Assembly: GCF_036365525.1 (NCBI RefSeq)
Contig: NC_090380.1
Location: 65,541,591 to 65,605,590, forward strand
Length of the DNA: 64,000 nucleotides
Origin: Heterodontus francisci
Lineage: Eukaryota
Direction: 5' to 3'
This document shows positions 23,575 to 34,901 of the stretch, piece by piece. Each line of letters starts with the position of its first letter. Positions within the stretch are counted from its first letter, which is position 1. The position numbers were made by a program, and so were the translations under genes. The notes beneath the pieces are model-generated. The model saw only the letters and a list, made by a program, of their open reading frames with translations, was not told where the DNA came from and searched no databases.

Positions 23575-23848
23575 ATACAAAAGCAAAATACTGTGAATGC
23601 TGGAAATCCGAAATTAAAACATAATGCTGGAAATGCTCAGCAGGTGGAGAAAGAAACAAAGTTAACATTTCCGGTCTATAACCTTTCATTGGAACTGGAA
23701 AGAGTTAGAGATGTAACAGGTTTTAAGCAAGTAAAGGGTTAGGGAAAGAGGAGGAAAGAACAGAGTGGAAGGTCTGTGATGGGGTGGAAGGTAACAGAGA
23801 TTAAATGACAAAAGGGATAATGGTGCAAAGCCACAGGAGATGGTAATC
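23575..23848 (-). mobile_element. Penelope-like 3' terminal region with degenerate hammerhead motif
   Basis: Reverse complement resembles 41100-41343; minus strand reads agttccaatgaaaggt...ccggaaatgttaact. Confidence 0.7.
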
Positions 23849-24777
23849 CTTGATGAAGCCATTGTGGCTTTCTCTTGTTATACACTGTTTCCTCCTCATA
23901 TGGATATATTAGACTTCATAACCTTTCAGGATCCTTTTCAAAAGTATCCTGTTTTCTTTTTGTGCTGCAGCCGTTCTCACCTAACTTCCTGTTCCATTTC
24001 TGCTGCTTGGTCTCATTTCATTTCTGTAATCCAAGCCTTTTTAAAATACAGCACTGGCATACCACTACCCCTAAACTTACTACAGCTCCATACTTTAAAT
24101 CTTATAATAGAGTTGTCTGAATAAAAAGGTGCTTCCCTATCTCTGTCAGTTAACAGTTAACTCTGTCAGTTAACCACAATTGTGTGGTTTAATGTTAAAC
24201 ACTAAATACAAGATATTATACCCTCTAGTGCTAGTCCTAGCATTCTGAATTAAGAAACAATCAATAAATGCAATTTCTATTTATCCAACAAATTTACAGC
24301 TTGCTTGTTTCTGAAAGCCCAATTCCGTGAGTCTGCATGATTTATTTAATAAGCTCAGGCCAGATACTTCTAATAAAGTTGTGGCTGGTCCCTTCCCCTT
24401 AGCCACTTTTCATCTATGAAGGGCATTTTTATCCATTTATTTATTTAATGTTCAGTCAGATCTGTGTTCCCCCTGCCAAACTCTACCATCTCCTTGTGAT
24501 TCCTTCCCTTCACCTATTCTGTGAAACCAGTAGGTAAATTTTAAAACAGTTGATTGCCTATATAATGTCCAGAAGGAGCATTCATGAGCATGGCCGCAAT
24601 ACTGTGAAGGCAGGAAAAACCAATGTGGCTTGAGAGACCATGATGTTTGGCAAGTGGCATACACCAGAGGGATCAGAGGCCAGAACAAGGATGAGCTGTG
24701 GAAATAAAGCTGTAGCTGGTGATGATCAGACTTTACAGTGATGTGACAGGGAACCATAACAGATTAGCAAAAATTAT

Positions 24778-25515
24778 GGACCAGATTTTGTTACAGGAGT
24801 AACAGTGAGGCTATCAGCGTACACCATTATTAAGGAGTAAATCGGACAGCAACCTCTGGCATTGGCACATGCACAGATAGACGCAGAAATCAGTTAGTTG
24901 CTGTCTGGTTTTCCCAGCTCCTCTGAAAGTTTTGATACACCAGTACCTTGCTGAGAGACTAGGCATTTAAACAAATGAAGGGCGTGAAGTTACAGTGCTT
25001 ACTCACTAAACACAACAGAAAATGTTAGGACTTGTCCATTCAAGTGTAAGTGAAATTTTAACGATTTGTCTTAATTGTCTTAATTACTGCTAATCAACCT
25101 CTCTGGCACTGAAAAATTGATTTTCCAATTATGGAGTCTCATTGCTTCTGATTTTTATAGTTGGAGATTTTTTAAAAATCTACTTTTTCTTTTATCTCTC
25201 TCTCTTAATCATCTCTTTACCTCTCTTTATTTTTCTTTCTGTGCATGATTTTAAATTGAATTAAATATTCTAACTTACACTTCCTGGTTTAGACTCTGTA
25301 AGACTCAGTAAGCATTTTTCAATCTGATTGTTTGAAGAGACACACTGTACCTTGCAGTGCTCACACAGGTCCCAAATCTTCTCGAGGACGTTGTGTTGTA
25401 TTGGACTCCTGGTGACCATAAGCTGCTGCATAAAAACTCTTGAGAAGCCTATGGGCAATGTAAGCATAATGAAGGGCAATGCTGTTCCTTCAGCATTGAA
25501 TGCAAAATCTGGGCC
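24778..25515. mobile_element. Harbinger-like MITE, same family as 3605-4303
   Basis: Termini ggaccagatttt / aaaatctgggcc; shared internal blocks. Confidence 0.7.
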
Positions 25516-26833
25516 ATTTACATTGGAATTCTATTAGATCATTATAAGCAATCAGGTAAGTATAACTGGTAAATGTTGACAATGTAACATTGGATGTTTC
25601 AATAGCCCCTACATTAGTACTTTAATATACTACTGATTGTAAATAGGAGGACACATTCTCTCTCTTAGCTGTTTTCTCTTTTTATCTCCTCTGAATCGGT
25701 CTTCTTCTGGTTTCTCTTGTTTCTTGGCTATCTGTCCTGTTTTCAATTGTTTGACTTTTTCTTGTGTCTTACTGTCAGCTGTGTCTTTTTCAGCTTCCCA
25801 GTTTTTCGTTTTGAGAGGAATATGGATGGTTGAATGGCAGAGAAATTAGTATTTTGTGGTGTTGGTGCAGGGCACTGGGAGGCAACTGTCTAGGGGTGTA
25901 ACACTCTAGTTGTTGATATCTTTCGAGCTCATGGATTGGGGAGAGATCCTGCCAGAGCTGAATCTTCACATGGTGAATATTTGGTGATGGTCAGGAACAG
26001 ATGTAGGCTCAGATGGGAAGCGGTAGGAGGGACATTTAAGGACAAGAAAGAAGAAGGCACAGGTGCTTGAGGTGGGAGGTAGTAATAGAAAGAGCAAGTG
26101 GTGGAAAGGACCACGTGCTTTGGATGGGACAGGAAGGAACAGGTGGTCAGCGTGTTTGCCAGGAAGCAGGTGGGAGAAGGAGAGGTGAGAAGTCGGTGCT
26201 TGAGGCAAGAGCTGGTAGGAAGGAGATCAAAAAGGCAATGAATGGGAAGGAATTTGTGGTGAGGGTGCTTGGGGTAGAATGCAGAGTGAAAGGGCAAGGA
26301 ACATCTTGCCACAGTTGCTGAAGGCAGAGGCACTTGAAGGGAGAGCAAGGGGTGATAGAAGGGACCACATTGTATATGTTTGGCTTTTTGTGGTAGAAGA
26401 GAGAAGAAATTGGAGAGGAGTGAGTGTTTGAGGTAGTAAGAGGGAGAAAGAAAGGGTGAATGGAAAGAAATGGGTACTTGGGATGGGAAACAATTGGAAG
26501 GAGAGAGAAACAGCAAGTAGTGGGAAGGAATGGGTATGACCAGAGTGGGTAGCAAGAGCATTAAATTATCCTTGCAGTTGTAGGTTTGGAGAAGGCCCTA
26601 TCATTTAAATTTTTATGGTTTCGATAATGGCTGCATATAGTGACATCACATGCTCTAGCCAGAATGGAGATGATTGGGTAATTCTCCTGTCAATCACACC
26701 TGTAAGTAAGTGGGATTGATTTTATGCACATACTTTGTTTTATGTAGCTATTCTTTACTCACAGCATTTTGCTGCAGAAGTAATCCTGCTGTACTTGGGA
26801 GATTCTATTTGTTGCAGTTTGTGTAAATTGAAC

Positions 26834-27184
26834 CACAGTGCCGCAGTGGTTAGCACCGCAGCCTCACAGCTCCAGTGACCCGGGTTCAATTCTGGGTACT
26901 GCCTGTGTGGAGTTTGCAAGTTCTCCATGTCTCTGCGTGGGTTTCCTCCGGGTGCTCCAGTTTCCTCCCACATGCCAAAGACTTGCTGGTTGATAGGTTA
27001 ATTGGCCATTATAAATTGCCCCTAGTATAGGTAGGTGATAGGGAAATATAGGGACAGGTGGGGATGTGGTAGGAATATGGAATTAGTGTAGGATTAGTAT
27101 AAATGGGTGGTTGATGGTCGGCACAGACTCGGTGGGCCAAAGGGCCTGTTTCAGTGCTGTATCTCTAAACTAAACTAAACTAAA
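26834..27184 (+). mobile_element. HE1-type V-SINE, (CTAAA)n tail
   Basis: HE1 head, V-domain and tail. Confidence 0.92.
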
Positions 27185-29014
27185 AGTCCCACTCCACCTC
27201 CAGCTGATAGGCTGACACAGCAGTTTCAATATTCACTCCGTTTGAGAATACAGGTTTCCTCAGGGGTAAGCCATTAAGAGATTCACTTTTTCTAATTCAT
27301 AAACCTTCCTCATGACATTGGAGAAGGCCTTGTTATTAAAAGTAGGAAATACATGAAATTATAAGGCTTTACTACTGTCATGGAGAAGGCCTGTAGGAAT
27401 CTTGCCCAGTCACAGTTCAAAAGCCAGTTCCTGGTGGTCAGGATCTGACTTTTCAAATACCACTTTGGAACTGAAAGATGCCATTAAAGGGTCATCAGGC
27501 TCCAAGAAGAGTTAAGGTGGCTGTGAAAACAGAACAGTAGGGTGGGGGCTGGTAGCACAGTTATTGTGTGGTTAGTCTGGGATCTTGGCATAGATAGGCC
27601 CTCAGGCCCATTGAAATAGCCAGTGGAACATTGGGGAGGTGTTGGTGTTTAGGGTGGTGGTGGTGGGGAAGATTGAGGAGGGAAACCTTGGGGTTGGCCA
27701 AGGACAGAGACATGAACGGGCCTTTGGGTACATGGAAAAGGCTGGCGCAGCAAGGGGATTCTACCATTCTGGGATTGGGCCAGGAAGTAGACAGGGATAC
27801 CGGGCATTCTGTGAGGTCTCATGGGAGTGCGGCAAGCATTAGAAAGATGTTGGGAACTGCAAACAGATGGGCTTGAACAGAGCAATAGATAGGATATCGG
27901 GTCCAAAAAGGACCAGGACAGGACTCAAAGGGGTAGCAGACTAGTGGGTTCGGCTGGCAGCAGGTGGGTCTGAAACATAGAGGGAACCACGTAAATAAAG
28001 TATTTGCTTTGGGTGCAAACAGCATATTGCTCTCAAAATTACACAAGTTTTCTGAATTGAATTTTTTGCTCAGGTTTCTGCATCAAAAAAATTAATTCAT
28101 ATATTTAAGAGTGGTAACCTGGTAGAGTTTTATTAATACAGCTGAAAATGAACTGATCACAAAAAAATAAGCATTTTTAATAGGAGTGTCCAGTCCATCA
28201 CCAATAAGTAACCTATGTATAAATAACTGAGAATGACCTTAAAAAACTAGACAGAACTAGTTTCATTGGTGTACAGTAGTCAGTTTCTTAGTAAATTAAA
28301 TATTTTTAAATTTTTAAAAGCTGCCTGTTAGTGCCCTTGAGGCAATAAAAGCTTAACTTTAAGAGCCTCCTCACAGGCCCCCAAATGGGCACAATTAGTG
28401 GAAACTCAAAATGGTGATTAATTCAATCTGTGGGACTGGTCAGTTTTGTGGTTGAAGCCAATTTCCAGCGCGATTTTTTTAAACCAGCACAAAAGATCAC
28501 GGAAACCTGATTTTCACTGAACATAACTTGCACTTGAAATTCCTTGATATTTTCTATCAGTTTGGCCTATTTTGGGAAAATTGCACTGAAAAAAACAGTG
28601 CAACCTAGCAGAAACTCCAGGCCTCTGTATCACACTTTGTCTATTTCTGTATCTAACAGCTGTTTATAATTCAAATGTTTACATTTTCTAACTGTCAAAT
28701 GAAAACAGATGATAATCAGGCTGTTCTAACTGTCAATACAACCCCTGTGACAATCGGGTGAGATAGTCAAAGGCTCTTTGCTTCAAACTTCAACTACTAC
28801 TTGCAAAATTAACCCAATTACAATAAGAAATGACCATGGGCCTGATTTTAACTGTGTAAGTGGGCAGATTTTGAATAAGTTAAAATCTCGTTCTAGGTTT
28901 CTATGAGGTTAATGCACATTCTGAAGTTTACAGGACACAAAAATGGTACAACAAATCTGTGCATTACTTCAGTATAACAATGACTGCACTTCAGTCTTTG
29001 TGTACCGCCATAGT

Positions 29015-30465
29015 ATAGCGAATGTGACTCTTCTATTCAAGAAAGAAGGGAGACAGAATGCAGGAAACTACAGGCCAGTTAGCTTAACACCTGTCATAGG
29101 GAAAATGTTAGATGCTATTGTTAAAGATGTTATAGCAGGGCACTTAGAAAAATTCAAGGTAATCAGGCAGACTCAACATGGTTTTATGAAAGGGAAAACT
29201 TGTTTGACTAATTTATTGGAGTTCTTTCAGGAAGTGACAAACAACATGGATAAAGGGGAACCTGTGTGCTATACTTAGATTTCCAGAAGGCATTTGACAA
29301 GGTGCCACATCAAAGGTTACGAAGCAAAATAAGAGCTCATGACATTGGGGGTAACATATTAGCATTGATAGAGGATTGTTAGCTAACAGGAAACAGAGAA
29401 TAGGCATAAATGGGTCATTTTCGGATTGGCAAGATGTGGCGAGTTGAGTGCCACTGGGGTCAGTGCTGGGACCTCAACTATTTACAATTTATATCAATGA
29501 CTTGGATGAAGGGACGAAGGTGTGGTTGTTAAATTTGCTGATGACACAAAGATAGGTAGGAAAGTAACTTGTAAAGGGGACATAAGGGGGCTACAAAGGG
29601 ATATAGATAGATTAAGTGAGTGGGCAAAATTTGGCAAATGGAGTATAATGTGGGAAATTGTGAAGTTGTCCACTTTGGTAGGAAGAATAGCAAAGCAGCA
29701 AATTATTTAATTGGAGAGAGATTGCAGAACTCTGATGTACAGCAGGATCTGGTGTCCTGGTACATGAATCACAAAAGGTTGGTATGCAGATAGAGCAAGC
29801 AATTAGGAAGGCAAGTGGAATGTTGTTGTTTATTGCAAGGGGAATGGAATATAAAAGTAGGGATGTTTTGTTACAGTTGTATAGGGTATTGTTCAGACCG
29901 TATCTGGGGTACTGTATACAGTTTTGGTCTCCTTATTTAAGAAAGGATATAAATGCATTAGAGGCAGTTCAAAGAAGGTTTACTCAACTGATACCTGGTA
30001 TGTGGGGGTTTTCTTATGAAGAAAGGTTGGACAGACTAGGTCTTTATCCATTGGAGTGTAGAAGAATGAGAGGTGATCATATTGAAACATATAAGATCAT
30101 GAGGGGACCTGACAAGGTGGATGCTGAAAGGATGTTTCCCTTTGTGGGAGAGACTAGAGCTAGGGGACACAGTTTAAAAATAAGGGGTCACCCATTTAAG
30201 ATGGAGATGAGAAGAAATTTTTTCTCTCAGAGGGCTGTGAATCTTTGGAACAGTCTTCCACAGAGAGCGGTGGAGGCAGGGTCATTGAATATTTTTAAGG
30301 CAGAGGTAGATATATTCTTGACTACCAAGGGAGTCAAAGAATATCGGGGGTAGGTGGGAAAGTGGAGTTGAGGCCACAATCAGATCAGTCATGATCTTAT
30401 TAAATGGTGGAGCAGGCTCGAAGGGGAGGAATAGCCTACTCCTGCTACTTTTTCCTATGTTCAAA
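29015..30465 (+). mobile_element. CR1 LINE, 5'-truncated, decayed RT
   Basis: NYRPVSLT, QHGFMKGKTCLTNL, KFADD, YCIQFWSP, RRNFFSQRAVNLWNSLP, CR1 3'UTR. Confidence 0.93.
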
Positions 30466-30474
30466 TGTCCTTAT

Positions 30475-30712
30475 AACAAGGGGCTGGAACCCGTGCAAAA
30501 CCCTTTGGGCTGTATGCACCAGAGAATGTTTTTTGGTATGTAATGCAAATGTACACTGCAAATTTTACCTGGAATGGCAGGAATAGTGAGGCACCTCATG
30601 TACTGTATTGAAAGAAACTGATCTTTATTGCACTTTATGAAATGTCCAATTTAAATTGTTTTGTAATTTTTTTTTACACATATTTATGAATAAAGTATAT
30701 TTTTGGAAAAAA
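30475..30712 (+). mobile_element. L1/Tx1-type LINE 3'UTR fragment
   Basis: T-rich UTR ending atgaataaagtatatttttggaaaaaa (polyA signal plus A tail). Confidence 0.55.
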
Positions 30713-31382
30713 CTTCGTTGATTGTGACGTGGTTTGGGATGTCCTGAGATTGCAAAAGGCACCATATAAATTCAAGTTCTTCCTTTTTTAACCAGTATTC
30801 TGTCTTTTTTCTCACTCACACACATGGAATCATGGAATCATGCAGCACAGAAGGAAGCCATTCGGTCCATCATGTCTGTTCAGGCTCTTTGAAACAGCTA
30901 TCCAATTATGTAGCCTCTTTATTTAAAACATGTAACCTCCCTACATTAAAAAAGGTCAAATCTAATTTTTACCTGAAAAAAAGTTTTATAATTTGACCTC
31001 TGACTTTTCTTCAAATAATGTTGAAAACTTATATTCCAACAGTACAGCTAACTGAACTGCACTGATTTATTATGGGGAGAAGTTGGTAAAAATTGTGATA
31101 GAAACATGACAATAGTTTGCAGACAAAGTGTAAGAAGATATAGATCTACAGAATTATTATTGATAGTATATAGCTTTACTTTTGTTCATTGTTGCTTCAT
31201 ACTACCTGCATTATAATTAGGTTCATTATTATTAAGGTCAAGAAGAGGATCTGGGATAGGTTTGCATGATGTAAATGGCCTGGGATTAGTACACAAAGCT
31301 AGTTAGGATGAGCTATAGCCAAAGGACAAAAAATCATGTTGAAATAAATAAAGTCAAAGGTTTGTGCATGTTTCTCTCCATT

Positions 31383-32317
31383 GAGGTGGGAGGAGTGCAC
31401 TATCTTTTCTAGTTCCACTTCTACACAGGTCACAACCTATATTTAAATGTTTAGCCAGTTGCCTATATGGTCAATCATATATTCTACTCTTTATCCCAGA
31501 ATAAAATACACCAACCAGGGTTCTTCAATAAAGAACAAAACTATCAGTTTATTATAAAACAAGACTTATCCAGTAACGAAGCAAAGCATCAACATACAGA
31601 TTCAAATATGAAAATTCCTTTTTTAAATACCCCCACACACACACTGCTTAAAGAGAAAAAAAAGAAATTTTCTCTGCAGAGCTCTTTTACAAAAAAAAAG
31701 ACAAAAAAAAACTTTGGCCAAATACTTGTTAATTCTTGAAGAAAACGGATAAGATATGTTGTGTCCAAAAATGGCATACAGTCTGGCATCTGAGTACACA
31801 TAGACGGGTCACTGGGATCTTTTCTGAAGCAGTTCTTTCCAGGCGGCATCGAGAGTTAATCTGGCAAGCTTTCCAGGAGCTCCTCAGGAGAAACGCGGCA
31901 TCAAGGGTTTTAGCTCCCACACACTCGATACCCAGTGTTTCACAGAGACCAGAGGAAGGAGACAAGCTGGGTGCTTCTCTCTTGGCAGGTTGATCTCCAA
32001 CTGCTTTCAACAACAGTCCACACCCCAACAGAACTAAAACAACATCTCAGAAGTGAAACCCACTCCTGATCGTCATAAATCTGAACATGTCACTCTCTGT
32101 AAACATCTTCCCCAAGTCACCAAGGTTTCTGCTGTTTATTGAACTGAAGGCATGTGACAGCCAGTAAAGGTTGTTTTCAAACAAGACCTCTCAGTGACCC
32201 TTGTAAAAAACATCAATGGGGTCTTTTCAGTTTTCCCAAATAAACCATAAAATGTCCACAATTCTAACACATGAATCCTCAAAAAAATATTTTTAAAATA
32301 GAAGCTCTTTCATAACA
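31383..32317 (-). mobile_element. Solo LTR (family of 14353-15375), one end truncated
   Basis: Reverse-complement homology to 14353-15375; ends cataaca. Confidence 0.85.
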
Positions 32318-32774
32318 CCATAGATTATTTACTTTAAACAAACTGAAATAACTTATCAGAGCAAAAAAAATGGCTTATTCAGTACAGTCCCAGACTAATT
32401 TTAAATGATATTCATTACGGTTACTACCCTGAATGGCCCAAAAGACCCTCAAGCAGGATCAATGTTAGGCAAACATGTCTTGCTAATCCACTTTACAACA
32501 GTGCAGCCTGACATTCTCCCTACCTTTTTTCAGTGGAGATTTCAAATTCACTTTATTTTGTACAACAGGAGAGTGAGATTTTGCCAGACTTGAAAAATGG
32601 AAAAATTGTCATAAGCTGCAACCAGAGAGCTCCTGAAATACTACTGGTAATCTAGTAGAACTTCAGCCACAGTTTCTAGAGGCCTGTTTGAAGGAATGTT
32701 GTTGCAGAGTTTTCTTAGGTAAGCTTAATGATTTATATGAGAATTGTTTAATTGGTTGACATATTTATTTTAAG

Positions 32775-34608
32775 TTTTCTATTGGCATATAAATAGTAAA
32801 CGGGTTGTAAAAGGAGGAGTTGGGCCGATTCGGGACCATAAAGGGGATTTACGCATGGAGACAGAGGGTATAGCTGAGGTATTAAATGAATACTTTGCAT
32901 CTGTCTTTACCAAGGAAGAAGATGCGACCCAGGCAATGGTGAAAGAGGAGGTAATTCAGACACTAGAAGGGTTTAAAATTGATAAGGAAGACATATTAGA
33001 TAGGCTGTCTGTACTTAAAGCTGATAAAGCACCCGGAGTGGACGAAATGCATCCAAGGATACTGAGGGAAGTGAGAGTGGAAATCGTGGAGGCTCTGGCC
33101 ATAATTTTTCAGTCTTCCTTAGACTCTGGGGTGGTGCCAGAGGACTGGAGAATTGCAAACGTTACACCCCTGTTCAAAAAAGGGTGTAAAGATAAGCCCA
33201 GCAACTACAGGCCAGTCAGTGTAACTTTGGTGGTGGGGGAAACTTCTAGAAAGAATAATACGGGACAAAATTAATATTCACATGGACAAATGTGAGTTAA
33301 GTAAAGAAAGCCAGCATGGATTTTTTAAGGGAAAGTCATACTTAACTAACTTGCTGGAGTTTTTTGAGGAAGTAATAGAAAGGGTTGATGAGGGCAATGC
33401 AGTTGATGTGGTGTACATGAACTTTCAAAAGGTGTTTGATACAGTGCCACACAACAGATTTGTGAGCAAAGTTATAGCTCATGACATAAAAGGCACAGTA
33501 GCAACATGGATATAGAATTGGCTGAGTGACAGGAACAAAGCGTAGTAGTTAATGGATATTTTTTGGGCTGGAGGAAGGTTTGTAATGGAGTTTCCCAGGG
33601 GTCAGTGTTGGGGCCCTTGCTTTTCCTGATATATATTTAATGACCTAGACCTTGGTGCTCAGGGCACAATTTCAAAGTTTGTGGATGATATGAAACTTGG
33701 AAGCATTGTGAACTAGGAGGAGGATAATGTAGAAGTTCAAAAGAATATAGACAAGTTGGAATGGACGGATAGGTGGCAGATGAAGTTCAATGCAGAGAAA
33801 TGTGAAGTGATTCATTTTGGTAGGAAGAATATGGAGAGACAATATAACATAAAGAGTACAATTCTAAAGGGGGTCCAGGAACAGAGGGACCTGGGTGTAT
33901 TTGTGCATAAAACATTGAAGGTGGCAGGATAGGTTGAGACAGTGGTTAATAAAGCATACAGTATCCTGGGCTTTATTAGTAGGGGCATTGAGTACAAGAG
34001 CAAGGAAGTTATGTTGAACTTGTATAAGTCACTAGCTTGGCCTCAGTTAGAGTATTGCATCCAATTGTGGGCGCCACTCTTTAGGAAAGATGTGAGGGCA
34101 TTGGAGAGAGTACAGAAAAGATTCACGAGAATGGTTCCAGGGATGAGGAATTTCAGTTATGAAGATAGATTGGAGAAGTTGGGACTGTTTTCCTTGGAGT
34201 AGAGAAGGCTGAGAAATGATTTGATAGTAGTATTCAAAATCATGAGGGGTCTAGACAGAGTAGATAGGGGAACTGTTCCTACTCATGAAAGGATCGAGAA
34301 TGAAAGGGCACAGATTTAAAGTAATGGGTAAGAGAAGCCAAAGCAACATGAGGAGAAACGTTTTCACGCAGCGAGTGGTTAAGATCTGGAATGCACTGCT
34401 GGAGAATGTGATGGAGGCAGGTTCAACTGTAGCTTTCAATAGGGAATTAGACTGTTATATGAAAAGGAAGAATGTGCAGGGTTACGGGGAGAAGGCGGGG
34501 GAATGGCACTAGGTGAATTGCTCAATCGGAGAGCCGGTGCAAACACAATGGACCAAATGGCCTCCTTCTGCGCTGTAACAATTCTGTGATTCTGTAATTC
34601 TGTAATTT
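32775..34608 (+). mobile_element. CR1 LINE, 5'-truncated, decayed
   Basis: LNEYFASVFT, PEDWRIANVTPLFKKG, NYRPVS, YCIQLWAP; (ATTCTGTR)n tail. Confidence 0.93.
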
Positions 34609-34901
34609 CTAGGCATATGTAATCAGATTTAAACATGGCCATCAAAAGAAGTTAGAAAAAAATCTTTTCGTTTTCTGATACTTTCATACTTTCATCAATG
34701 GCAATTGTCAAAACAAATCAAGATTTGACTTTGCAGTTTTGAGTTGGTTATTTGTTTGCTGTTTGGTAGCTTTTGCTACCCACCTCATGAATTGAACTGC
34801 TTTTGATTGGTTCTTATTTAGTCAAATGGATATTTGAGCCAATCAACACAGTTAATTTAATGGACAATGGTTACAACAAGTTTTTGCCCAATGGACACGT
34901 G

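Noticed and set aside
32625-32655. Kinase-like RAPEILL peptide
   Set aside because: Isolated, followed by a stop, and no other kinase subdomains nearby.
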